A DNA stretch of 62,017 nt from contig CALXZZ010000001.1 in the NCBI GenBank assembly GCA_944393365.1, positions 1 through 62,017 of the forward strand, written 5' to 3'. Numbering within the stretch: the stretch's first letter is position 1; each line of letters begins with the position of its first letter. The DNA comes from an uncultured Clostridia bacterium (GTDB lineage Bacteria > Bacillota > Clostridia > TANB77 > CAG-508). Below are positions 18,016 through 27,481 of this stretch, in pieces. The position numbers and the translations under genes were made by a program. The notes beneath the pieces are model-generated. The model was not told the DNA's origin. It saw only the letters and a program-made list of their open reading frames with translations, and did not search any database.

Positions 18016-19764
18016 ATGAGCAAAAAAAATCAATTATTAGAAAAAGAATTGCCTTCTGAAACATCTGAAAACAAAGAATTTATTGAAAATAAAGAAAATT
18101 TAACAACCGAAAATACTTTACAAAATTCAGAAGGAAAAAATACAACTGATGAAATAATTGAAGAAAATAATCAAATAGAAGAAATAGTTGAAAATGTTGA
18201 AAATCATGAAAACGCCGACAATTCGGATACTAATTCTTCTAATGAAGTTTCTTCAGATAATTCTGATACAAAATTCAAAAAAGTAAAAAAACCTAAAAAA
18301 GAAAAAAGTGAAAAAGTTAACAAAGCTTTAAGCATATTAAAAATAGCACTAATTTCAATTGTTACCATTATTTTACTTGCTTTTGTAATTTTTACAATTT
18401 TTAATATGTTTAACTCAAACATTGTATCAGGTATACAAATTCAAGGTTTAGATGTTTCTGGAATGAGTAAATCAGATGCAAAATATCAATTAGATAATTA
18501 CATTACAGAAAAGTTACCAGAAGAAATTAAAGTAAAACATGGTGATTTTGAGGCAACAATTTCTTTGTCACAAATAGAAGCAAATATTGATACAAAAACC
18601 GCTTCTGAAAACGCATTCAAAGTAGGACGAGAAGGAAATCCATTCCAAAATGATTATCAAGTATTAAAAACATTATTTAATAATGTAAATATACCACTAA
18701 CAGCAAGTGTAAATACAGATCAACTAACACAAAACTTACAAGAAATTTCTGCACAATTACCAGATGGAGTTGTACAAAGTAGCTATTTTCAAGAAGATAA
18801 TAATCTAATTGTTACACCGGGTAAAGCCGGATTTGTAATTGATACTGAAGCAACAATTGAAGCTATAAAGAACTCTATATCAAGTTTTTCTTGTATTGAT
18901 ACACCTGTTGAACTAATTGTTAAAGAGGAAGAACCAGAAGCAATAGATATTGAAAAAATACATAATGAAATATACAAAGAACCTGTAAATGCGTATTATA
19001 CAACAAATCCTTTTACAGTTTATCCTTCTGAAAATGGATTAGATTTTAAAATTTCTGTTGAAGAAGCAAAAAATCTAATTACTTCTGAGGTAAAAGAAGA
19101 ATATACAATTCCGTTAAAGACATTATATCCAAGTGTTACTACAAGCATGATTGGAACAGAAGCATTTCCAGACCAGTTATCTAGTTTTTCAACTAATTAT
19201 TCTACTCGAGATGCTGATAGAACTACAAATTTAAGATTGGCAGCAAATAAAGTCAACGGAACTGTCTTAATGCCTGGCGAAACTTTTTCATATAATAAAG
19301 TAGTAGGTAGAAGAACTTATGCAGCTGGATTTAAAGATGCTGCTGTTTATGAAAATGGTCAGGTAGTAGATGGTATAGGTGGTGGTATTTGTCAAATTTC
19401 ATCTACAATATATAATGCCGCTATATATGCTAATTTAGATATAGTAACTAGAAGCAACCATCAATTTGTACCATCATATGTTACCGCTAGTAGAGATGCA
19501 ACCGTTGTTTATGGATCTATTGACTTTCAATTTAAAAATAACAGAAATTATCCAATAAAAATCATGTGCTCAGTATCTGGTGGAGTTGCTACTGTTCGAA
19601 TTTTTGGATTAAAACAAGATGATGATTATGATGTGGAAATTTCTTCTTATGTAACAGGTCAAACTTCAACAGCAACCTATTCAGAAGCTTATAAAATTTT
19701 GAAGAAAAACGGAAAAGTTGTAAGCAAAGTATTACTATCAAAAGACACTTACAAAAGACATTAG
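18016..19764 (+). CDS. VanW domain protein with N-terminal acidic region and TM anchor
   Basis: C-terminal VanW block (FSYNKVVGRRTYAAGFKDA...GGGICQISSTIYNAA...RSNHQFVPSYV). Single TM helix around residue 110. Confidence 0.85.
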   Translation: MSKKNQLLEKELPSETSENKEFIENKENLTTENTLQNSEGKNTTDEIIEENNQIEEIVENVENHENADNSDTNSSNEVSSDNSDTKFKKVKKPKKEKSEKVNKALSILKIALISIVTIILLAFVIFTIFNMFNSNIVSGIQIQGLDVSGMSKSDAKYQLDNYITEKLPEEIKVKHGDFEATISLSQIEANIDTKTASENAFKVGREGNPFQNDYQVLKTLFNNVNIPLTASVNTDQLTQNLQEISAQLPDGVVQSSYFQEDNNLIVTPGKAGFVIDTEATIEAIKNSISSFSCIDTPVELIVKEEEPEAIDIEKIHNEIYKEPVNAYYTTNPFTVYPSENGLDFKISVEEAKNLITSEVKEEYTIPLKTLYPSVTTSMIGTEAFPDQLSSFSTNYSTRDADRTTNLRLAANKVNGTVLMPGETFSYNKVVGRRTYAAGFKDAAVYENGQVVDGIGGGICQISSTIYNAAIYANLDIVTRSNHQFVPSYVTASRDATVVYGSIDFQFKNNRNYPIKIMCSVSGGVATVRIFGLKQDDDYDVEISSYVTGQTSTATYSEAYKILKKNGKVVSKVLLSKDTYKRH

Positions 19765-19780
19765 TAAATTAGTATTTTAA

Positions 19781-19966
19781 GCAAAAAAAGTATTATAAAT
19801 TTTATGAAATTACGAATGCGAATGGAATCATTTTAGAAAATATTAAATTGCCCAATAGGAGAATCTCAAACTTGCTTTGAGAGGTGCCTATTGGGTAATT
19901 TTAAATTTTCTTAATGATGTAATGTTAGCCGAGTAATAAATAAAATTTATAATACTTTTTTTGCTT
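19781..19966. repeat. 186-bp near-perfect palindrome between convergent vanW and ypeB
   Basis: Perfect 24-bp termini (gcaaaaaaagtattataaatttta / taaaatttataatactttttttgc). Inner arms also pair (ttgcccaatagg.../...cctattgggtaa, tctcaaa/tttgaga). Confidence 0.8.
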
Positions 19967-19973
19967 ATCAAAT

Positions 19974-21347
19974 TTACATTGCTAAAGTCCCATTAGGTGT
20001 ATCAGTAATAATCAATATATCTTCTTCTCTACCATTTTCAACATTAATATAAACCAAAAATTCTTTATCATCTACTTTTCCTTTAAACTCATAGCAAAGT
20101 ATCTCTGTTTTCCATTCAGTTGGAATCATTGCAAGTCCTTCACTTTCAATTTCCAAATTCTTATTCAAACTAGACTTTGCTTCCTCAACTGTAATTTTAG
20201 GTTCATTCACAGTTCTAATAGTATGGTTATTTAAATATCCTGTTGTTTCTACTCCTAGTATTTCTCCATTATCTAAAGCAACTTTTACTTTAATTAAATC
20301 TGGATACAGAATAACATCATCTTGAGTTGCAGCATAATTAATAGTAACTATCCCTTCTTGTTTCAAATAATATGTTTCTTTCATATTTTCAAAACCTCTT
20401 GAAGCTAAAAACTCTTTGCCTATATTATTTGCTTCATCTTGTGAAATAATTTCTGCTGAAACATCTCTATTAGTATTCATATTCACTATATGTCCACCTT
20501 TTTTAGAAACAGATATATTAATAGTATTATCTTCTTGATTTGTTATTGAAAAATCATAAACTGGAATCGTAGCATTTTCAGATAATCCTAAATTTGTTAC
20601 TTCCTTGCATTTATCCTGTCCAACAAATTCAATAGCTTTTTGCTTTGCATCTTCTTCTGATATATCCTCTCCTGTAAGTCCTTTAGGCTCTGAACTAGTT
20701 AGATGTTCAGAAAAAGCACCATCATATATTAATCCAGAATATTCATGAAAATTTTCCTCTAAATTACTAAAACTTTCTTGAGAAATATTATCGACTTGTT
20801 GTGCAAAAGCTACTGTTCCTTTTTCAGTCAATTCATCCCATTTAAATCTACCTTGATTTAAGTCCTCAGATAACTGATTTAGTGTATTTTCCAATTCTAC
20901 ACTATATCCATGTAATTCTTGCAAATTATCTAAATCCTCTTGTGTTAAAGCCTCATCGTATATATTTTTTCTTGATAATGAATAACTATAATCACTAACT
21001 TGATTTAAAAACTTTTCTGTATTTTGTAGTTCTTGACTTTCAATTGGTAATCTTGCTAAATAACTTTGTGCAAGATTTGCCTCTCTCCAAAGATTTGTTA
21101 AAGTTTCAGCTCCATGTTCAGGTGTTGAAGATATCAAAGATTTAGCAAGATATGTCTCAACATTTTGTACATAATCAACTAATTCATAAAATGCCATATT
21201 ATATGAATTTTCAGATGCCTGTCTATATTCTCTTTGCTTACGGTAAAGCAAAAATCCTAATATTGCAACAATAACCAACAATACCATAATAACACTAAAC
21301 ATATGCCCTTTTTTTAATCGATTTTTCCATTCTACTAATTTATTCAT
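19974..21347 (-). CDS. ypeB: Germination protein YpeB (PepSY domains)
   Basis: 457 aa with an N-terminal TM helix, the conserved YpeB N-domain (NSYNMAFYELVDYVQNVETYLAKSL) and C-terminal PepSY repeats. Located downstream of sleB. Confidence 0.85.
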   Translation of the reverse strand: MNKLVEWKNRLKKGHMFSVIMVLLVIVAILGFLLYRKQREYRQASENSYNMAFYELVDYVQNVETYLAKSLISSTPEHGAETLTNLWREANLAQSYLARLPIESQELQNTEKFLNQVSDYSYSLSRKNIYDEALTQEDLDNLQELHGYSVELENTLNQLSEDLNQGRFKWDELTEKGTVAFAQQVDNISQESFSNLEENFHEYSGLIYDGAFSEHLTSSEPKGLTGEDISEEDAKQKAIEFVGQDKCKEVTNLGLSENATIPVYDFSITNQEDNTINISVSKKGGHIVNMNTNRDVSAEIISQDEANNIGKEFLASRGFENMKETYYLKQEGIVTINYAATQDDVILYPDLIKVKVALDNGEILGVETTGYLNNHTIRTVNEPKITVEEAKSSLNKNLEIESEGLAMIPTEWKTEILCYEFKGKVDDKEFLVYINVENGREEDILIITDTPNGTLAM

Positions 21348-21362
21348 CTATAAACCTCCTTC

Positions 21363-21392
21363 AGGGATTATGGGACAGACCTAAAAATCCCT
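21363..21392. repeat. Single GGGAC-core unit (family 1 variant) between the sleB stop and the ypeB RBS
   Basis: Sequence agggattatgggacagacctaaaaatccct. It has AGGGATT/AATCCCT termini and a GGGACAGACC core. Confidence 0.6.
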
Positions 21393-21890
21393 TTATTTAC
21401 AAAATCTATGTTTTCCTATTGTTTTTACTACTGGCCTTGACCATATCCATTTATTAGTTGCAGTAGCTGGATTGAAATAATAAATACATCCACCAGTTGG
21501 ATCCCATCCATTCATCGCATCTTGCGCTGCTTTATATACTGTAGAATTTTCATCAATTGGTGCATTTATTTGACCATCTGCAACAGCCGTGAAGGCTCCA
21601 CTTTGATATATAACTCCTGCTATTGTATTTGGGAATTGTGAACTTTTAACACGATTTAATATGACTGCACCAACTGCAACTTGTCCTTCATATGGCTCTC
21701 CTCTTGCTTCTCCATTTATTGCTCTTGCCATTAATTGCAAATCAGATGCACTGCTACTACTTGCCGCATAACTAACATCTTCTTTAACAATTCCTTCATC
21801 TATAAAAAAAATAAAAAATAATAACACCATTAAAAATACAAAAACCATAATTATTTTAAAAAAACTTCTTACTTTTAAAAAAATCTTCAC
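21393..21890 (-). CDS. sleB: Spore cortex-lytic enzyme SleB/CwlJ family (Hydrolase_2)
   Basis: Contains LMARAINGEARGEPYEGQVAVGAVILNRV...FPNTIAGVIYQ...FTAV. Has a signal/TM N-terminus and pairs with ypeB. Confidence 0.85.
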   Translation of the reverse strand: MKIFLKVRSFFKIIMVFVFLMVLLFFIFFIDEGIVKEDVSYAASSSSASDLQLMARAINGEARGEPYEGQVAVGAVILNRVKSSQFPNTIAGVIYQSGAFTAVADGQINAPIDENSTVYKAAQDAMNGWDPTGGCIYYFNPATATNKWIWSRPVVKTIGKHRFCK

Positions 21891-22083
21891 TTTAAATTTC
21901 CTTTCTTTTAAGTTATTTTTATATCAAAACAATTAATTTTCTTAAAAAATTGCAACTAAAAATTGTAATCTTCTTTATTATTTTGTACCTTTTGAAAAAA
22001 AATATTCCATTTTTTGAATTTTTATCTGTTTTATGTTAGAATATTGAAAAACATTTGTTATAAAATTTGAAGGGAATGTTAAT

Positions 22084-23208
22084 ATGAAAAAAATTTTAAT
22101 TTTTTATGCATCATATGGAGGAGGACATCTAAATGCCGCAAAATCAATTTATGAATATATTACGAATAATTACAAGCAATATGATATAGAAATGATAGAT
22201 TGCATGAAATACGTTAATAAAACTATTGAAAAAATAACTACAGCTGCATATAGAGAAGCTGCAAAAAAAATGCCTTGGGTTTGGGGACGAATTTATAATG
22301 ATTCTCAAAAAGGTCCTTTGGCACATTTATCTTCAAGGTCAAATAAAATAATGGCAATCAAATTATTAAAATTATTACGTGAGAAACAACCTGATTTGAT
22401 TATTTCTACACATCCTTTTGGAAGTCAAATGTGTAGCTATTTAAAACGAAAAAGAAAAATCCATGCAAAAATCGCAACAGTTATGACTGATTTTGCTCCT
22501 CATGACCAATGGTTAATTGGAAGTGATTTTACTGATTATTATTTTGTCGCTCATGATAAAATGAAACAATATTTAATTAGTAAAAATATTCCTGAGCAAC
22601 ATATATTTGCAACTGGAATTCCTTTATCAAAAAGATTTTTAGAAAAACATGATAAAAATAAAATATTAAAAGACTTTTCTTTGTCTGAAAATAAGAAAAC
22701 CATACTATTTTTTGGTGGCGGAGAATTTGGACTTGGAAAAAGTAAAACCGTTGAAATTTTCGAAAGTTTTGTTTCTTTTAATCATGATTTACAGATAATT
22801 GGTATTGCTGGAAAAAATGAGAAAATGAAATTGGCTTTTGAAAATATAGTAGACAAATATAATGCAAAAGATAGAGTTAGAGTTCTACCTTTTACAGATA
22901 AAGTTCCTGAACTTATGTCTGTGTCAACTTTAGTTGTCACTAAACCTGGTGGAATGACTACTACTGAAAGTTTGGCTTCTCATTTGCCTATGATTATAAT
23001 AAATCCAATTCCTGGGCAGGAAGAGGAAAATGCTGAATTTCTTGAAAGTAAAGGTATTGGTATTTGGATTAAAAAAGATACTAATGTCTCTTCTTTATTA
23101 AATGATTTGTTTTCAAATTCAAATAAGTTAGAAATAATGAAAGAGAATACGAAACTTCTTGCTAAACCTAATTCTACTAAAGATATTTGTGAAATTCTTC
23201 TAAACTAA
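22084..23208 (+). CDS. Diacylglycerol glycosyltransferase (MGDG synthase / UgtP-like, GT28)
   Basis: N-terminal ILIFYASYGGGHLNAAKSI (MGDG_synth domain) and C-terminal GT28 motif (VTKPGGMTTTESLA...PGQEEENA). Confidence 0.8.
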   Translation: MKKILIFYASYGGGHLNAAKSIYEYITNNYKQYDIEMIDCMKYVNKTIEKITTAAYREAAKKMPWVWGRIYNDSQKGPLAHLSSRSNKIMAIKLLKLLREKQPDLIISTHPFGSQMCSYLKRKRKIHAKIATVMTDFAPHDQWLIGSDFTDYYFVAHDKMKQYLISKNIPEQHIFATGIPLSKRFLEKHDKNKILKDFSLSENKKTILFFGGGEFGLGKSKTVEIFESFVSFNHDLQIIGIAGKNEKMKLAFENIVDKYNAKDRVRVLPFTDKVPELMSVSTLVVTKPGGMTTTESLASHLPMIIINPIPGQEEENAEFLESKGIGIWIKKDTNVSSLLNDLFSNSNKLEIMKENTKLLAKPNSTKDICEILLN

Positions 23209-23235
23209 AAGAGCACCTATTTTGGTGCTTCTTTT
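23209..23235 (+). terminator. Terminator after the glycosyltransferase gene
   Basis: AGAGCACC tatttt GGTGCTTCT hairpin followed by TTTT. It overlaps the 3' end of the convergent ORF. Confidence 0.5.
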
Positions 23236-23516
23236 AGTATAAGGTCTCCATTTAACAAAAAAATTTCAAAATTTAGTGTTTTTTGACGAATTTCAACAGG
23301 TATTATGATTCTATTTTTATCATCCATTTTCAGAAAAGAAATTACTTTCTGATTTTTCAATTCATCTTCAACCTTCGGTTTTAATCGAATCATCGAATTT
23401 CCCATTGAACATAGCGCAATCTCTTTACAATCTTTAATTTTAGAAAATTTGACTAATTCAACTGGTAATTGCAATCTCCCCTGTTTGTCTAATGTCCGTA
23501 TCACCTTATTAATCAT
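23217..23516 (-). CDS. SpoVT/AbrB-domain protein (two swapped-hairpin repeats)
   Basis: VIRTLDKQGRLQLPVEL and MDDKNRIIIPVEIR match the AbrB/MazE/MraZ-type motif. Codon 7 is an in-frame CGG that encodes the conserved Arg. Confidence 0.6.
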   Translation of the reverse strand: MINKVIRTLDKQGRLQLPVELVKFSKIKDCKEIALCSMGNSMIRLKPKVEDELKNQKVISFLKMDDKNRIIIPVEIRQKTLNFEIFLLNGDLILKEAPK

Positions 23517-23617
23517 ATGCTTTCCCTCCTATGAATCAGGGTTTATTTGTTATGTAAAACATTTTATCATATAATAATACATTTTTCAATAGTTTACCAA
23601 TCATTCTCTTGAGAATT

Positions 23618-24217
23618 TTACAATTCTCTTCTTCCTTCTAAAGCCTTAGTTAAAGTAATCTCGTCAGTATACTCTAAATCTCCACCAACAGGAATACCAT
23701 GTGCTATCCTTGTAACTTTAATTCCTAAAGGCTTAATCAACTTAGATAAATACATAGCAGTTGCTTCACCTTCAACTCGTGGATTTGTTGCTAAAATTAC
23801 CTCTTTTACTTGTCCATCCATAAGCCTTGATAACAATTCCTTTATTTTTATATCATCTGGTCCAACTCCATTCATAGGAGAAATTGAACCATGTAAAACA
23901 TGATAAACTCCTTTAAACTCGTGCGTTTTTTCCATTGCAATAATATCTCTAACATCTTCTACTACACATATTACACTCGTATCTCTTTTTGGATTTGCAC
24001 ATATCTCACATGGATCTGTATCAGAAATGTTAAAACATTTGCTACAATATTTTAAATTTTTCTTTGCATTGATAATAGAAGAAACAAATTCGTTTGTTTC
24101 TTCTTCTGAACAATTTAATATATAAAAAGCAAGTCTTGCAGCTGTCTTATGACCAATGCTTGGCAATCGCTCAAAACTTTCTATTAATTTTTCAATAGAT
24201 GGTGAATAAAGTGACAT
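23618..24217 (-). CDS. recR: Recombination protein RecR
   Basis: 199 aa with HhH ([14 protein letters not shown]), C4 zinc finger (CSKC...CEIC) and Toprim domain. Confidence 0.95.
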   Translation of the reverse strand: MSLYSPSIEKLIESFERLPSIGHKTAARLAFYILNCSEEETNEFVSSIINAKKNLKYCSKCFNISDTDPCEICANPKRDTSVICVVEDVRDIIAMEKTHEFKGVYHVLHGSISPMNGVGPDDIKIKELLSRLMDGQVKEVILATNPRVEGEATAMYLSKLIKPLGIKVTRIAHGIPVGGDLEYTDEITLTKALEGRREL

Positions 24218-24248
24218 AGTTTCCTCCTAAAAGCCATTTTTCAACAAA

Positions 24249-24311
24249 GGTCCGTCCCTAAATCCCTAAAAACAGGGATTTTTAGGACCGTCCCTAAAAT
24301 CCCCCTAATCC
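24249..24311. repeat. GGGAC-core palindromic repeat, family 1 (dimer), in the ybaB-recR spacer. Includes the ybaB TAG stop.
   Basis: Sequence ggtccgtccctaaatccct-aaaaac-agggatttttaggaccgtccctaaaatccccctaatcc. Confidence 0.75.
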
Positions 24312-24644
24312 AGGTATGTTAAATTTTCCAAGTTGATCTGCTTGTGCTGAATCTACTTTTCTTAATGCCTCATTAACACATGTTAAAATTAAGTCCTCTA
24401 GCATTTCTACGTCATCTGGATCAACTACTTCTGGTTTTATTTTTATTTCTTTTATAATTTTTTCTCCTGATACTTTTACACTTATTGCTCCTCCACCTGC
24501 TGTCGCATCAAATTCTTTTGTAGCTAATTCTGCTTGTGATTTTTCCATATCTGCTTGCATTTTTTTAGCTTCTTTCATTAAGTTATTTAGATTCATTCCT
24601 CCGAATCCTCCCATTCCACCTGGGAAACCTCCTCTTTTACCCAT
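24294..24644 (-). CDS. YbaB/EbfC family nucleoid-associated protein
   Basis: Contains [15 protein letters not shown]...[37 protein letters not shown]. The AAAGGAGA RBS favours the ATG at 24644. Sits between dnaX and recR as in other Firmicutes. Confidence 0.9.
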   Translation of the reverse strand: MGKRGGFPGGMGGFGGMNLNNLMKEAKKMQADMEKSQAELATKEFDATAGGGAISVKVSGEKIIKEIKIKPEVVDPDDVEMLEDLILTCVNEALRKVDSAQADQLGKFNIPGLGGF

Positions 24645-24745
24645 TCTAAATTCTCCTTTCTTCATTCATTATTTATATATTTTTTTCTTCATTATTTATA
24701 TATAATTTTTACCTTTAATTTTTTTGTCATATCTCAAAACAGTTA

Positions 24746-26488
24746 TTAATCTATTATATTGAAAGGTATATCTGACTCATTTGCAAGATTTTGCAAATTT
24801 TCTTCTCTTGTTACTTTATGTGTATTTTGCTCTGGTACAATATACTTTATTTGCATTTCTTTACCACATGCCATTGAAACTAGATTTGAGATTTCTCTCA
24901 TATTTTCTTGCTTATCTAAAACTAACTTTCCAAATGATGTCATACCATTTGGAAATTCTATTCCAACTGTCATATCATTTATTTCTTTTGCATTTGTTCC
25001 CATTAAATTAGTGTATAAAACTCTTTTTCCTCTTTGCTTTAAATCATTTAATATTTGTGGCCAATATTCCTCTGAATTTCTAGAAAATTTCGTTGTGGTC
25101 GCAGTAGTATTATTAGAATTTGATCTTGTTTTTGTTTGTTTTACTGCACTATTTAAATTACTCGAATTACCTGAATTATTCAAATTATTTGAAACGCTTT
25201 TTTCTGCTATATTTGTGGTTGTATTCATATTTGTAATACCATTTTGAAACACAGAATTTCCTTCTTGCATATTTCCTTGATGTACTACTTGACCCACATT
25301 CCTATTATTTCTCAAATAGTTTTCGATTTTAGCAACTCTTGCCTCAAGATTTGAACTAGAATTTTGACCATTTTGTATTCCGTTACTTTGAACATTATTT
25401 TCATTCATAGTTCTAGGTTGGCACAATTTTATCATACCAGCTTGAAACATTATAGTTTTTTGAGTAGTTCTCTTTATATCATTTTCCATCTCTGACAATT
25501 CATATATTATATTAATAAGTTGTTCCTTAGTTGTTTTGTCCGCAATATTTTTTATCTTAGCTTTTTCCTCGTCATTATACATTTCTAATTTTCCAGCCGT
25601 CTTATAAACAAGAACATCCTTACAATATTTAATCATTTCCCACAATAAATTTACTATATCTTTTCCTTCATTTAGAATAACATCTACCGCTTCTAATGTT
25701 TTATCAATATCATATGAAAAAACTGAATCAATAACATCATGTACTAAAGCTGTACTTGGAATTCCTACCAAATCTCTTATCTTATTTTCGTCAATTTTAT
25801 TATCCCCATCTTGAACACATCTTTCCAAAATAGAAAGTGCATCCCTCATTGCTCCCTCTGAAAGAATAGCAATTATATTTAATGCTTCTTCTGTTATTTC
25901 TATTTTACTTTCTTCACATACTATTTTTAAACGTTTTATTATATCTTCATTTGATATTCTTTTAAAATCAAACCTTTGACATCTTGAAAGAATTGTTGCT
26001 GGTAATTTTTGAGGTTCTGTTGTTGCCAATATAAATTTAACATGCTCTGGTGGTTCTTCCAATGTTTTTAACAAAGCATTAAAAGCTCCTGTTGAAAGCA
26101 TATGCACCTCATCTATAATATATACTCTGTATTTTGCCTTTGTTGGTAAAAAATTAACCTCTTCTCTTATACTTCTAATATCTTCCACACTATTATTTGA
26201 TGCAGCATCCATTTCAACTATATCTGTTAAAGCTCCTGCCAAAGCTTCTTTACATATCTCACATTCATTGCAAGGCTCTCCATCTTTTGGATTTAAACAA
26301 TTTACCGCTCTAGCTAAAATTTTAGCTGCTGATGTTTTACCTGTTCCTCTTCCACCATTAAAAAGATATGCATGTCCTACTCTATTTGCTATTATTTGAT
26401 TTTTTAATGTTCTTGTAATTGCCTCTTGCCCAACCATTTCCCCAAATGTTAATGGTCTAAATTTTCTATAAAGTGCTGTGTATCCCAT
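24746..26488 (-). CDS. dnaX: DNA polymerase III subunit gamma/tau
   Basis: 580 aa with HAYLFNGGRGTGKTS Walker A, a zinc module (CNECEIC), DEVHMLS and SRCQRFDF. N/S/T-rich linker. Confidence 0.95.
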   Translation of the reverse strand: MGYTALYRKFRPLTFGEMVGQEAITRTLKNQIIANRVGHAYLFNGGRGTGKTSAAKILARAVNCLNPKDGEPCNECEICKEALAGALTDIVEMDAASNNSVEDIRSIREEVNFLPTKAKYRVYIIDEVHMLSTGAFNALLKTLEEPPEHVKFILATTEPQKLPATILSRCQRFDFKRISNEDIIKRLKIVCEESKIEITEEALNIIAILSEGAMRDALSILERCVQDGDNKIDENKIRDLVGIPSTALVHDVIDSVFSYDIDKTLEAVDVILNEGKDIVNLLWEMIKYCKDVLVYKTAGKLEMYNDEEKAKIKNIADKTTKEQLINIIYELSEMENDIKRTTQKTIMFQAGMIKLCQPRTMNENNVQSNGIQNGQNSSSNLEARVAKIENYLRNNRNVGQVVHQGNMQEGNSVFQNGITNMNTTTNIAEKSVSNNLNNSGNSSNLNSAVKQTKTRSNSNNTTATTTKFSRNSEEYWPQILNDLKQRGKRVLYTNLMGTNAKEINDMTVGIEFPNGMTSFGKLVLDKQENMREISNLVSMACGKEMQIKYIVPEQNTHKVTREENLQNLANESDIPFNIID

Positions 26489-26520
26489 ATTACCACATCC
26501 TATAAATCAATCCTTTAAAA

Positions 26521-26655
26521 AATGGCTGATACTCAATCTCTCTATGGAAAGATTCCACATAAAGATTACTACTTATTGCTGCTCCCTTCCGGGCCTGACA
26601 AGATTCATAGGTCTTTATCGGACTCTCTCCATACAAAGATTAAGTTCAAACCATT
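26521..26655 (-). ncRNA. ffs: Signal recognition particle RNA (short, 4.5S-like form; ends approximate)
   Basis: Minus strand contains GTCAGGCCCGGAAGGGAGCAGCAATAAG, which is the domain IV GGAA tetraloop with symmetric-loop motifs. The 5' AATGGTTTGA and 3' TATCAGCCATT ends pair, followed by a T run. It occupies the conserved tadA-ffs-dnaX position. Confidence 0.75.
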
Positions 26656-26658
26656 TGT

Positions 26659-26693
26659 ATTATATAATGAAATTTAGTATTTTACAAGTCAAA
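26659..26693 (-). promoter_or_regulatory. Putative sigma-A promoter of the SRP RNA
   Basis: Minus strand reads TTGACT ... TATAAT-like (ttgacttgtaaaatactaaatttcattatataat), just upstream of the predicted RNA 5' end. Confidence 0.4.
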
Positions 26694-26711
26694 TTCAAAA
26701 TTTTTTAAGAA

Positions 26712-27464
26712 TCAATTTTGAATTCTTTTAAATATAAAATCACTCATATCTGTAATTTCTTGAGAAGTTGTACCTTGTCCCACTACATCACCTATTGGAA
26801 TATCTAAAGAAATATTCGTCTGATATTCCTTTCCACTTTGTGTACTTATAGTAAAATCAAATGTCAATTGTGCTTGTAACTGCTCATTTGTTATTCCTGC
26901 TTTTGATAATAACTGTTGATTGTTAATTTCTAAATCATCTGTTGCGTATTCCATCAAATTATCATATGAACAACGAAAACTAACTAATCCACCTTGATTT
27001 GAAATCTCTAGATTTTTTAAATTTGACTCCATCCCTCCTGTATAAACAATTTCCTGCACAACATTATCTTCTTCATTTTTAAATATTTGCTGTTCTTCTT
27101 CACCATCTGGTTTATATATTTTTACTTTATCACTGTTCTGTCCTTCAACTACAATATTATTAATTGATACAGATGTTATAGTTTCAGTACCGTTATAATC
27201 GTTATTTTTATCAATATACAAATAAATATCATTATATTGATATAAATCAAAATTCCATCTAGTGTCTACAGCTTCTTTACTTATTCCATCTGATGAACTG
27301 ATAACTGAAATTTTAGTTAATTCAAAAGGCATATTAGTCTCACCTTCTACATTATAACGTAAAATTAAAATTCCAACTATAAAAAAAATAATTGCAATTA
27401 TTGTTATAATCATAACTATATGGAATGATTTTCTATGTGTTAAATACTTAAATTTTTCTATCAT
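26712..27464 (-). CDS. Hypothetical membrane-anchored protein (about 250 aa)
   Basis: Start moved to MIEKFKYLTHRK... (GGAGG RBS upstream). The first 25 residues of the track ORF are translated repeat sequence. Single TM helix. Confidence 0.5.
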   Translation of the reverse strand: MIEKFKYLTHRKSFHIVMIITIIAIIFFIVGILILRYNVEGETNMPFELTKISVISSSDGISKEAVDTRWNFDLYQYNDIYLYIDKNNDYNGTETITSVSINNIVVEGQNSDKVKIYKPDGEEEQQIFKNEEDNVVQEIVYTGGMESNLKNLEISNQGGLVSFRCSYDNLMEYATDDLEINNQQLLSKAGITNEQLQAQLTFDFTISTQSGKEYQTNISLDIPIGDVVGQGTTSQEITDMSDFIFKRIQN

Positions 27465-27481
27465 CTTTAACCTCCAAAAGA

